Counted from the stretch's first letter, positions 54,766 through 63,634 are shown. The stretch: 64,000 bases of DNA from Promethearchaeota archaeon (GCA_048939765.1 JBHLPF010000007.1:17241-81240); one strand, 5' to 3'. Notes: generated by a model not told the origin, from the sequence alone. Numbers and translations are program-made.

Positions 54766-55440
54766 ATGAAAGTCACATATCTTGGGCATGCATCCTTTAA
54801 GATTGAATGCGAAGAGAGAGTGGTCTTCATAGATCCGTGGTTGAACGGGCCAACATCACCATTGAGAGTAGACGATGTAGAGAGAGCAGACATTGTCATG
54901 GTCACGCATGACCATGGAGATCATGGTTATACAGAAGCTATTGAGATCTGCAAGAAGACCGGGGCATACTTTGTTGCAATCAACGAGCTTGCACTGCAGG
55001 CACAACGTGCAGGGGTTGAAAACGTGCACACCCTCAACATTGGTGGTAGCGTAGATATCGGTGACGTCAGAGTCACTCTGGTTCATGCGTTTCATTCATG
55101 CGGGATAGGTGCTCCAACGGGATTCATTGTCAAGCTTCCATGTGGTATAGTCTATCACCCTGGTGACACAGGTGTCTTTTCCGATATGGCTCTATGGCAC
55201 AGACTCTACAAACCGGATGTGTATTTTCCACCCATAGGAAACTACTACACACAAGATGTGGCACAGGCAGTACTTTCGGTAGAGCTTGTAAAGCCAAAGG
55301 TTGTTATTCCCATTCACTATGACACATTTCCAGTCATAAGTGCAGATCCTGAGGAGTTCAGACGCCAGGTCAATGAAACTATGAAGGATGTAAGAGTAGA
55401 GAATCTGAAACCTGGGGAAACCATAGAGCTAAGCTTCTGA
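54766..55440 (+). CDS. UPF0173-type metal-dependent hydrolase (metallo-beta-lactamase fold)
   Basis: Has MKVTYLGHASFKIE...FIDPWL...VTHDHGDH. The track ORF starts at 54715. Confidence 0.8.
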   Translation: MKVTYLGHASFKIECEERVVFIDPWLNGPTSPLRVDDVERADIVMVTHDHGDHGYTEAIEICKKTGAYFVAINELALQAQRAGVENVHTLNIGGSVDIGDVRVTLVHAFHSCGIGAPTGFIVKLPCGIVYHPGDTGVFSDMALWHRLYKPDVYFPPIGNYYTQDVAQAVLSVELVKPKVVIPIHYDTFPVISADPEEFRRQVNETMKDVRVENLKPGETIELSF

Positions 55441-56055
55441 ATAACCAGATTCTTACATAATCAAGGAGAGGCAGGTATAGCCCACATCTCTTGACCTAGA
55501 ACTAGAGCGGCAATCAGAACCACCACGAGGAGTATGATTGCCAGTTCCCGTTTTCCTAGTTTCCAGACCAACTCGTCACGCACCGACCATAAGATGGTGG
55601 TCGACACCTGTATCCCATACCACTAACTCCCAGCATCACAGCATCAGAAATGCATCTGGCTCCACCGAGTTGTCTCGTGCTGGGCATATCGGCATCGACC
55701 GGCCTGCCAATGTACGAAGTCTGGGTGACCCATAGTTCATCTGAAACTGCGTTTCATCATATGAGTCCGTTATGACTCGTCCAAACGGTTTTCGACAGGC
55801 ATTGCCCAGGCTGTCACCCATCCCTTGCGCAACACCTCATAGGCGAAGCCTCTGTGTGCCCTCGTGAATGGGTTATTTCTCCTGAACGTATAGCATTCGG
55901 AATCAATGGTTATTAGGATTGTCAATTGGCGCGATTTTCAGGCATATATGGAGAAACAGGTCAACTTGGTGGTGCTAACGACAGCTTCAAATACGCATCA
56001 GTTCAGACCAACCATGTAAGGAGCCACACCCTGAAGGAATCGGGTGTGCTTTACG

Positions 56056-56333
56056 ATCATCATATCATCATATCACAAGCCACGGCTTGACCTCCTGAAG
56101 AGAGGCGCCGTCGCGCGCGTCATAAGACGTTTATCAATCACAAAATCATCAGAATCATCCAATCATCATTGCACAAGAAGGGCACGACACAAAGCCGACT
56201 CGGTGGGTCTATTCCTAGTTGAACATGAAGAGGTTGAAGATAGGTACCTGTACCATGATGATGCGCGAAAGGAGTGCATCTCAGTATGAGGGGCAAAAGC
56301 GCGAGGCAGTATGACATAGGAGATATCATCATT
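56056..56333 (+). repeat. Cluster of ATCATCA(T) heptamer/octamer motifs upstream of dnaG
   Basis: ATCATCAT occurs twice in tandem at 56056-56071. AATCATC occurs at 56144, 56153 and 56161. An inverted copy, ATGATGATG, is at 56255-56263. ATATCATCATT at 56323-56333 touches the dnaG TTG start. Confidence 0.7.
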
Positions 56334-57600
56334 GGGAACAGATTTCGATTCAAGTACTGCAAAATATGTCATAAGAGCAAAGATTGACATCGATGGGGTA
56401 GTAGACAAGCCAGATGTTGTGGGAGCAGTATTCGGACAGACGGAAGGCCTTCTAGGCGAGGATCTAGATCTGCGGGAACTACAACGAACAGGAAGAATTG
56501 GTAGAATCCAGATTGCCATCAAGTCGCAAGGCGGACACAGTCGCGGTGAGATTGTCATTCCAGTTTCTCTCAACAAGACAGCAACCGCTATACTTGCAGC
56601 GTCACTGGAAACCGTGGATCGAGTAGGACCCTGCACGGCTAAGGTGACCCTAGAGAAGGTGGAAGACATCCGAGGCGCAAAGCGGCGGAAGGTTGTCAGC
56701 AGAGCGATTAGCATTCTGAAGGGATGGGAGGAGGAAATTGCACCTGGAGCTACCGAAATTACAACTGCAGTGACAAAGGGAAGAAAGGGAGGTGTGGCCA
56801 AATTTGGACCTGACAATCTCCCGGCTGGTCCAGAACTAGCCAAGAGCAAAGAGATAATCATTGTCGAGGGAAGAGCCGATATTCTCAATCTCATGAAATA
56901 TAGGATTAACAACACAGTTGCCGTGGAAGGAACTCATATTCCAAAGAGCATCGCAGATCTGACAAGGAAACGTGGTAAGAAGGTCATAGCATTCCTTGAT
57001 GGTGACAGAGGAGGGGACCTGATTCTTCGAGAACTGATGCAAGTCGCCAGGATTGACTATATTGCACGTGCTCCGGAGGGAAAAGAGGTGGAAGAACTCT
57101 CTCGGTCAGAGGTTGAGAAAGCTCTTCAGACACGGATTCCAGCCGATCAGGCGCTGGCATTGGTGAGTGCCAAAAAGCCTTCAGAGAGGAAAAAGCCACC
57201 AGTCAAGAAGCCGAAAAGAGAACCAAGGACCAGAAGAGAAGACCGTCGACCCAGCGAAGAGTATGAAAGACCGAGGCGAGAAAGGGCTCCACGTAGACCT
57301 GTGATTGAAGTGGATGATGTATATCTGGACAAGATAGACGAGATTAAGGAAACCTTCAAGGCTGTGGTCTTCAATGCCGAGAAGAATATTGTTGCCGAAT
57401 GCAGTGTTGCGGACCTTGCAAAGACCCTTGAGAGCATAGACGATGCTGATGCCATTGTGTTCGATGGTGTAGTGACCCAGCGTCTTGCGGATTCGGCTTC
57501 TTCAAAGAAGATCAAGCTTCTTATTGGAGCTGCTGTTGCAGACCTTGATAAGCGCCCACGCGGTCTTCAGATAGCCACATTTGATGACCTGAAGGAATAG
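56332..57600 (+). CDS. dnaG: Archaeal DnaG-type primase (TOPRIM; exosome-associated family)
   Basis: 422-aa ORF with a TTG start. It has KYVIRAKIDIDGVVDKPDVVGAVFGQTEGLLGEDLDLRELQRTGRIGRI and the TOPRIM motif IIVEGRADILNL...DGDRGGDLI. A basic low-complexity insert is present. Confidence 0.9.
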   Translation: MGTDFDSSTAKYVIRAKIDIDGVVDKPDVVGAVFGQTEGLLGEDLDLRELQRTGRIGRIQIAIKSQGGHSRGEIVIPVSLNKTATAILAASLETVDRVGPCTAKVTLEKVEDIRGAKRRKVVSRAISILKGWEEEIAPGATEITTAVTKGRKGGVAKFGPDNLPAGPELAKSKEIIIVEGRADILNLMKYRINNTVAVEGTHIPKSIADLTRKRGKKVIAFLDGDRGGDLILRELMQVARIDYIARAPEGKEVEELSRSEVEKALQTRIPADQALALVSAKKPSERKKPPVKKPKREPRTRREDRRPSEEYERPRRERAPRRPVIEVDDVYLDKIDEIKETFKAVVFNAEKNIVAECSVADLAKTLESIDDADAIVFDGVVTQRLADSASSKKIKLLIGAAVADLDKRPRGLQIATFDDLKE

Positions 57601-57647
57601 TAATACTCACTGTTATCATTTCCGTCTAGAACGGTATCAGGAGAGAC

Positions 57648-59105
57648 TTGAGGCTCAACGAAGACAAGGTCATACTTGAGGATATCGAATCGACTGAGGA
57701 AGTTTCAACGCCGAGCGACCCCTTTGAGAGAATCATAGGTCAAGAACGAGCTGTGGTACTCGTGCGTTCTGCAGTGAAACAACGGAGACATGTGTTGCTC
57801 TGTGGTGTGCCTGGCGTCGGAAAATCGATGCTCGCAAATGCTGCAGCCTCGCTCCTGCCTCAGCCTGAGGAACAAATATCACTGCGACACAACCAGTCTC
57901 GCCCCAATCGCCCTGAGGTTGTTATTGAGCCTATTGACAAGACTCAGGATGAAAGAGTTCCACCTACTGTGTTAGACTCAATCTACATCAGACCAGATAA
58001 TGTGCCTTTTGAAGTAGCGGTAAAGATGGGGTATCGATGCTCAAGATGCGGAAGCCTTTCCCTGCCCAGTCAGAGCATGTGTATGGAGTGCGATGCGATA
58101 AAACGGTGTGACTGGACTGTAGGAGAAACAGACAGTACATCTTTCTCAGGACTCTTTCGCACTTTGGAGTTGATGGGGAATCCTGCGTTAACAACAGTTG
58201 TGCGGCATGAGGTAATCAAAGGAGTTTCGGTGGTTGCTACATATGAAAGGGATCAAGGCGACACCATTAGGGTTCTATATGTGCACGATTCAACTAATCC
58301 CCAGACCTCTCAAGGAGAGTTCCCAAATCATGTATTGGTTTCACATGCCTCCAAGCGTTTCGTGAGGGCTAGTGGAGCTAGTCCTGTGGAGCTGCTTGGT
58401 GATGTTGAACATGATCCATATGGAAGCGCGGAATCATTGGGAACGGCGCCATATCTCAGAGTGATTCCCGGTGCAATTCACGAGGCGCATGAGGGAATTC
58501 TATACTTGGATGAGATTGCTGCCTTAGGTCAGTATCAAAAGCATTTGCTCACGGCGATGCAAGATGGCACTTTTCCAATTGCTGGGCGAAATCCTCACAG
58601 CTCTGGGGCTGCCGTCCGCGTTGACAATGTGCCCTGCAGGTTTGTCTTGTTTGGAGCCTGCAATGTAGAAGACCTGCAGAAGATATTGACACCTCTAAGA
58701 TCGCGAATAAGAGGTTATGGCTACGAGATTATGCTTGACTCCTGGATGGAAAAGACGCCCGAAACTACGAGAGATATCGTGAGATTCATTTCTCAGACCG
58801 TGAGAGAGGATGGAAGAATTCCTCACCTAGACAGAGAAGCGATTTTCTCAGTATTGAAGGCAGCTGAATCCAAGGCACAAGAGCTGGATGGAGTGAGTGG
58901 CGCTTTGACGCTAAGACTTCGCGAGCTTGGGGGGCTGATTCGGGTGGCGGGAGACCTGGCAGTCCAAGAATCCGCAGAATACGTGAAGCCGTTGCATATC
59001 GATAGAGCTGAATCATTGACAAAGGGCTTGGATTCGTATAATCCTTGTGGGGCTGGTCAGAAGGACAATGTTCCTCAAGGTAACTACGGAGACTATTTCT
59101 TCTGA
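57648..59105 (+). CDS. LonB-like AAA+ ATPase without a protease domain
   Basis: 485-aa ORF with a TTG start. Walker A is LLCGVPGVGKSML and Walker B is ILYLDEIAAL. LLTAMQDGTFPI, LRSRIRGYGYEI and LTLRLRELGGLIRVAGDLA are LonB-type blocks. A C-x2-C...C-x2-C insert lies between Walker A and B. No TM helices and no Lon protease domain are present. Confidence 0.7.
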   Translation: MRLNEDKVILEDIESTEEVSTPSDPFERIIGQERAVVLVRSAVKQRRHVLLCGVPGVGKSMLANAAASLLPQPEEQISLRHNQSRPNRPEVVIEPIDKTQDERVPPTVLDSIYIRPDNVPFEVAVKMGYRCSRCGSLSLPSQSMCMECDAIKRCDWTVGETDSTSFSGLFRTLELMGNPALTTVVRHEVIKGVSVVATYERDQGDTIRVLYVHDSTNPQTSQGEFPNHVLVSHASKRFVRASGASPVELLGDVEHDPYGSAESLGTAPYLRVIPGAIHEAHEGILYLDEIAALGQYQKHLLTAMQDGTFPIAGRNPHSSGAAVRVDNVPCRFVLFGACNVEDLQKILTPLRSRIRGYGYEIMLDSWMEKTPETTRDIVRFISQTVREDGRIPHLDREAIFSVLKAAESKAQELDGVSGALTLRLRELGGLIRVAGDLAVQESAEYVKPLHIDRAESLTKGLDSYNPCGAGQKDNVPQGNYGDYFF

Positions 59106-59132
59106 AACAGATGTTCCTTTGATGGTGTCACC

Positions 59133-60224
59133 TTGAAGGTATTGAAGCGCAATCTGAAAGAGGGAAAAATCGTCCTCAAGATAGAGACCCTCGACGATCT
59201 CTGGCATTTGTATAATCTAGTCGGTCCTGGCGATACCGTTGTTTCCAGAACGACTCGAAGGGTCAAAGTCGGGGATGATGACGCCAGAAAACAGGATAGT
59301 GTGCGCAAGCCTATGACACTGGTTTTGAAGATTGAGGATGTCATGTTTCATGCGTTCTCCAATCGCGTGAGATTAAAGGGCATCATTCTGGAAGGGCCCG
59401 GAGATCTCGTAAACATAGGATCGCACCACACGTTCAATGTGGAAGAAGGAAGCACCCTGACGATAATCAAGGAGCACTGGCCCCGCTTCATGCTGGAACG
59501 AATCAAGGAAGCAGAGAAGAGAGGCGAGAGTCCGGTAGCTTTGCTGGTGACAATAGAGGACGGAGTTGCTGAGCTATTCCTTGTTGCAGATTTTGGAATT
59601 AGAGAGGCTGTTCGCGTGCGAACAAGCATATCTAGAAAGCGTGGAGACCAAAAGGCGTACGATGCCACTATGCGGGATTTCTTTTCAAATGTAGGACTTG
59701 CTATCCGTTCCCAATTGGAGCAGAATAAGATAGCAATCATCATAATTGCAGGACCAGGATTTGTGAAAGACCACTTTAGTGAGTTCCTTCGTGGATTGAA
59801 GATAAAGGACCTACCACCGGTATCTGTTGAGAGCTTGAACTCGATAGGATTTCCAGGTGCAAAGGAGATTCTTTTCAGAGGAGTGATTTCAAAAGCTATA
59901 GAGGGTTTGAAACTCGAGATTGAAACACAGCTAATTGAGGGAGTTATAGAGCATATTGCAAAGGGTGATGGCCTTGGAGCCTATGGTGATAAAGAGGTGA
60001 AGACTGCAGTCGAGTATGGGGCAGTAGAACATCTCCTGATAACAGACAAGAGGCTAAGAGAAGGCGACCATGACCAGCGACAGTGGATGGACAATCTAAT
60101 TCGAAATACCGAGAAGACACGCGGTCAATTCCATATCGTGTCCACAGACCATCCAGCGGGTGACCAGCTCCAGAATCTTGGAGGTGTTGCTGCCATTTTG
60201 AGATTCAAGATTGACCAATCATAG
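59133..60224 (+). CDS. pelA: Pelota (aRF1-related mRNA surveillance factor)
   Basis: 363-aa ORF with a TTG start: (M)KVLKRNLKEGKIVLKIETLDDLWHLYNLVGPGDTV. The aRF1-like central and C-terminal domains are present. Confidence 0.9.
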   Translation: MKVLKRNLKEGKIVLKIETLDDLWHLYNLVGPGDTVVSRTTRRVKVGDDDARKQDSVRKPMTLVLKIEDVMFHAFSNRVRLKGIILEGPGDLVNIGSHHTFNVEEGSTLTIIKEHWPRFMLERIKEAEKRGESPVALLVTIEDGVAELFLVADFGIREAVRVRTSISRKRGDQKAYDATMRDFFSNVGLAIRSQLEQNKIAIIIIAGPGFVKDHFSEFLRGLKIKDLPPVSVESLNSIGFPGAKEILFRGVISKAIEGLKLEIETQLIEGVIEHIAKGDGLGAYGDKEVKTAVEYGAVEHLLITDKRLREGDHDQRQWMDNLIRNTEKTRGQFHIVSTDHPAGDQLQNLGGVAAILRFKIDQS

Positions 60225-61334
60225 AGGGTCGAAAAGCGTCTGAAGTCTGTCCCATGATGGATACTCATATGCAATACCTATCTCTAGAGCATCGCCATTC
60301 TTCACAGATGACCTGAGATCTTCGACAATCTCTGCAAGTATCCAACCAGCTATCTCGATTCTCTTCCTAGGCAAATCGATATTCAACTGATCTGATGGAA
60401 CATCGAATTGTGATTCGAGGACGTTTCTGATTTCACTCAGGATTTCAGAGCCTAGTTCTTCTCCGTGAGGTGCTCTAATCACGCCAAGTATCAAGAGAGG
60501 CTCATCGTCTGCACGTTCTTCAAAATCCCTTGCAGTTCTCTCAAGACGGCGTTCCAGACGATTACGCATCTGTACAGCATCTTTGAAGTGGGCAGAACAG
60601 TAGTGGACTGAGATCGTTTCTAGCTCTTCTGCAGACCATTTGATTAACTCATCAGCAACCTCCGCACTCCCAGCAATGGATGCTGAGCCCATATCTCTTA
60701 GTCTTAGGCCAAGGGAGCTGAGTGATTCGAAGTTGGTTTCACTGCTCTCCAGTTCGTTGATATTTAGGAATGAAACTCCAATTGCTTCAGCTCTCTTGGC
60801 AGTCTTCTTCAGTGATTCAATCTCGCCAGGGATAGCTGGAACCTCAATCCCTACATCCATTCCAAGACTCACAGCTGTTTCGATGGCAGGCCAATTGTCG
60901 GTCATTGGATGGAATCTAATCTCGTCTAGGCCGGCTTCGTGTAGGTCCTTGATCTGCTGTTTATCGGCATCTGATTGGGAGGTATAGAGATGGATATGGA
61001 AATCATTACCCTGAGAGTCCTTCAGGAGTGATATATACCCGAGCGTTCTTTGTATTCGACAGAGTGGGTCGCCTCCGCTAAAGCCTGCGCCTTCAGCACC
61101 TATAGCCTCCAATTCCTCAAGGACGTCATTGTCGTTATGTACCGGCATTTCATCGGCGAATACAACATCATTTCCCGCTTTGTCTTGAGATAATGGACAG
61201 TAGAAACAGGCACTATCGCATAAGCCAGTGACAAATAGGACCATCTTGGAGCCTACAGCGCACATTTTGCAGCCAGCTGGCATCTGTCCAACAAGCAGTG
61301 ATTCTCCCGTGGTCTTGTGAATTAAACGCATCAA
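60219..61334 (-). CDS. Radical SAM protein (PFL-activase-related, COG2108-like)
   Basis: 371-aa ORF with C-x3-C-x2-C in GLCDSACFYCPLS and a GGDPL motif. Confidence 0.75.
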   Translation of the reverse strand: MMRLIHKTTGESLLVGQMPAGCKMCAVGSKMVLFVTGLCDSACFYCPLSQDKAGNDVVFADEMPVHNDNDVLEELEAIGAEGAGFSGGDPLCRIQRTLGYISLLKDSQGNDFHIHLYTSQSDADKQQIKDLHEAGLDEIRFHPMTDNWPAIETAVSLGMDVGIEVPAIPGEIESLKKTAKRAEAIGVSFLNINELESSETNFESLSSLGLRLRDMGSASIAGSAEVADELIKWSAEELETISVHYCSAHFKDAVQMRNRLERRLERTARDFEERADDEPLLILGVIRAPHGEELGSEILSEIRNVLESQFDVPSDQLNIDLPRKRIEIAGWILAEIVEDLRSSVKNGDALEIGIAYEYPSWDRLQTLFDPL

Positions 61335-61344
61335 CGTGGCACCT

Positions 61345-62046
61345 CTACTGCCCTCTTCGCCCTATTGTTCGTCTTATAGCTGGATCACTGTCCTTTAGAC
61401 TCTTAGCTATGGTTTCAAAGCTCTCTTCCTCTGAGAGTGGCCTAGTGAGGTACACTCCAGTTCTCCCCACATTATCACGTCTCGTTAGCACACGTACACG
61501 CTCCTGAGCAATTGCGATACTCACTCCAATCCTCTTGGCAACTTCATGCTCATAGCCAATGACCCCGCGTTCCATATGACCAGTTTTCGTAGGTTCTATC
61601 AGAACCAGTCGTTTGTCGACACCTGGCACACGAACTTCTTCGTGAATCTGGTCGATATTCACCTGTCCGCCCCACTGATAGAACTCCTCTTCTCTAGGCA
61701 TGAGCTTGAAGAGTGGGAAAGTCACGACCAATTCGTTGCTTAGATGAATATGAGCCTTCATCACTGTTGAGGGGGTTGCCTGTACAATTTCTCTATGAAC
61801 TCCTCTTCCAATAGTCACTTCGACCTTGTAACTTGATACAGGATAAGGCAGAATGACATCAATGTCCGAAGATATGTGAATGTCTCCGCGTGCAATAGAC
61901 CCGTAGGCGAACGGCCTCATGCCTGCATCATCAAGCTTCTGCATAACCTCCAATGCCTTCTCACGTAATGACCCTAGCAGACGCCAGTGATTGTCATCGT
62001 AGACAACCTCTCGAGTTTCATGCAGGATTTCGGGTCGTTTTGTCAT
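61345..62046 (-). CDS. Nucleotidyltransferase (Pol-beta superfamily) domain protein
   Basis: 233-aa ORF with the minimal NTase motif AYGSIARGDIHISSDIDVIL. Confidence 0.7.
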   Translation of the reverse strand: MTKRPEILHETREVVYDDNHWRLLGSLREKALEVMQKLDDAGMRPFAYGSIARGDIHISSDIDVILPYPVSSYKVEVTIGRGVHREIVQATPSTVMKAHIHLSNELVVTFPLFKLMPREEEFYQWGGQVNIDQIHEEVRVPGVDKRLVLIEPTKTGHMERGVIGYEHEVAKRIGVSIAIAQERVRVLTRRDNVGRTGVYLTRPLSEEESFETIAKSLKDSDPAIRRTIGRRGQ

Positions 62047-62047
62047 T

Positions 62048-62977
62048 TCACTCAGCTCTTAGAGCAGCAAGCATTGAGCAAACTTTGCAGATTCTTGATG
62101 AACTTGGATCACCACATATATCGCATCTTTGGAAATTCGACATGTCAGCACTCTGTTCAAATGCCTCAGCTATTGATTCGGATGACCGTAGAATCGCTAG
62201 AAGCGTACCTGGACGCTTGTGCTCCATACGATTCAAGAATCCACGAATATCGTTTCGATAGGCCTCGACAGCATATGGACAGGGTACATCATGATATGGA
62301 AGTAAGTGATGGTGAGTGTAAGCAACAATGTCTCTTTCGGAGAGCTCTTTGATGGGCTTAACGCGAGGAACGAGGCCACCTATTGGACTTGCTCTGGACC
62401 TGTTGGTACGAGCCATTCGACGGCTGTCACCTCGCATCATGTTCATAATGATAGTCTGCGCTTCGTCATCCAGATTGTGTCCAGTAACGACAACGTCAGC
62501 CGCCAGTTCTTTCGCTGCTGTGTTTATAGCTCGCCTTCTTAGAACACCGCAGTATGAACATGCACCCACTAAGTCATCATCACGACTGCTGACAATCTCA
62601 TCCAATGACTGGCCAAAAATGCTTGAAAAGTCCCGTACTTCGAGTTTCAGGCTCAGATTGGATGTCAATTCCTTAGCAGATCTCAGTGCTTTGTCACGAT
62701 ATCCTCGTATTCCTTCGTCAATGGTAATGGGCACTAGCTCAACGCTCGGAAAATCTTGTTCGATTCGGAACAACACATCCAATAGAGCTGCACTGTCCTT
62801 CCCCCCTGAAACCGCGACAGCTATTCGATCATCTTCACGTAGCATTTTCTCTCTGTTTATGGTGCGTCGTACTCTTTGCAGTGTGGTAGATGTCAGACAA
62901 GCTTTGCACAGCCGCTCGGCGGTGTACCTTCTCAGATATACTGCGGGATTTCCACACTTCGAGCACTCGATAGACAT
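62048..62977 (-). CDS. ncsA: PP-loop ATPase tRNA 2-thiolation protein (NcsA/TtuA/Ctu1 family)
   Basis: Has VAVSGGKDSAALL (PP-loop), CSKCGN...CKAC, CSYCGVLRR and the C-terminal CDICG...CKVC. The start is taken at MSIECSKCG (62977); the track ORF extends to 63088. Confidence 0.85.
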   Translation of the reverse strand: MSIECSKCGNPAVYLRRYTAERLCKACLTSTTLQRVRRTINREKMLREDDRIAVAVSGGKDSAALLDVLFRIEQDFPSVELVPITIDEGIRGYRDKALRSAKELTSNLSLKLEVRDFSSIFGQSLDEIVSSRDDDLVGACSYCGVLRRRAINTAAKELAADVVVTGHNLDDEAQTIIMNMMRGDSRRMARTNRSRASPIGGLVPRVKPIKELSERDIVAYTHHHLLPYHDVPCPYAVEAYRNDIRGFLNRMEHKRPGTLLAILRSSESIAEAFEQSADMSNFQRCDICGDPSSSRICKVCSMLAALRAE

Positions 62978-63139
62978 GGGTGGTACTCCTAGCAGACTGT
63001 GACCGGAATCGCAGTTAAAGACTCTCCTAACCCATTTCTTCGTTTCATTGTGAGTGAACCACAACAGCAAGAAACCACTCTGTATCATTAATATGCAACT
63101 CTCGGTTTCTGGAATTGAGAGTAGTATAGCAAGGATAGG

Positions 63140-63634
63140 ATGCCAATGAATGGTGACAAGGCTGATGATAAGGCCAAGACCATCTGGACCCCTCTCCGCA
63201 TAGCTGTTTCGATATCAATATGGTCCCTTGTGACACCATTTCGCGTCCAAATCACACAGACTTCTAGGTCTGTGATTCTGCTTATATATGCTGGAGCATG
63301 GGGGTATGGTAGAGTAACTCCGTGGACGGACCTGCCCCTAACCATTGACGCTATCTATACATATGCAATGTTTCCGTATTTTTCAATTGGACTAGCCATC
63401 GCCTATTTAGTCTGGAGATGGGCTCAAAAAGGAGATCTGACTAAGATGCAATACATTGAAAGAGTCCTTCTTCTTCAATTGGCACACGTGATATTCGTAC
63501 TGATTCTCTTTCCCTGTCCATATTCATCTGGTTCGGTCATTACTTGTTTACCTACACCGACAGCTGGGCTATTCGCGTTGCCTTTTGTGACCAAGGTAGT
63601 GAGAGAGATATCATCGCCATGGCAGGACAATTGA
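63140..63634 (+). CDS. Hypothetical membrane protein
   Basis: 164-aa ORF with about 4 hydrophobic segments. No family recognised. Confidence 0.4.
   Translation: MPMNGDKADDKAKTIWTPLRIAVSISIWSLVTPFRVQITQTSRSVILLIYAGAWGYGRVTPWTDLPLTIDAIYTYAMFPYFSIGLAIAYLVWRWAQKGDLTKMQYIERVLLLQLAHVIFVLILFPCPYSSGSVITCLPTPTAGLFALPFVTKVVREISSPWQDN

Noticed and set aside
56040-56175. C/D box sRNA genes on the minus strand, where ATCATCA reads as AUGAUGA.
   Set aside because: I could not assemble a C - 12 nt - D' - C' - 12 nt - D architecture. CUGA boxes are missing or overlap the putative C' box (CUGAUGA), and the distances are wrong.
55441-56331. A replication origin in the long spacer.
   Set aside because: I found no AT-rich unwinding element, no repeated ORB or mini-ORB-like dyads, and no adjacent orc1/cdc6 gene. 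Proximity to dnaG alone is not evidence.
56166-56915. A 249-aa minus-strand ORF, and similar long antisense ORFs at 1969..2430, 11128..11472, 26365..26826, 28947..29489, 35148..35717, 47119..47601, 50806..51297, 51331..51798, 52761..53222 and 62328..63002.
   Set aside because: Each lies opposite a gene with strong family signatures (dnaG, MFS, hppA, ftsZ, GRE, nop5 and others). Their translations are low-complexity, Ser/Pro/Arg-rich and unprotein-like. They are shadow ORFs.
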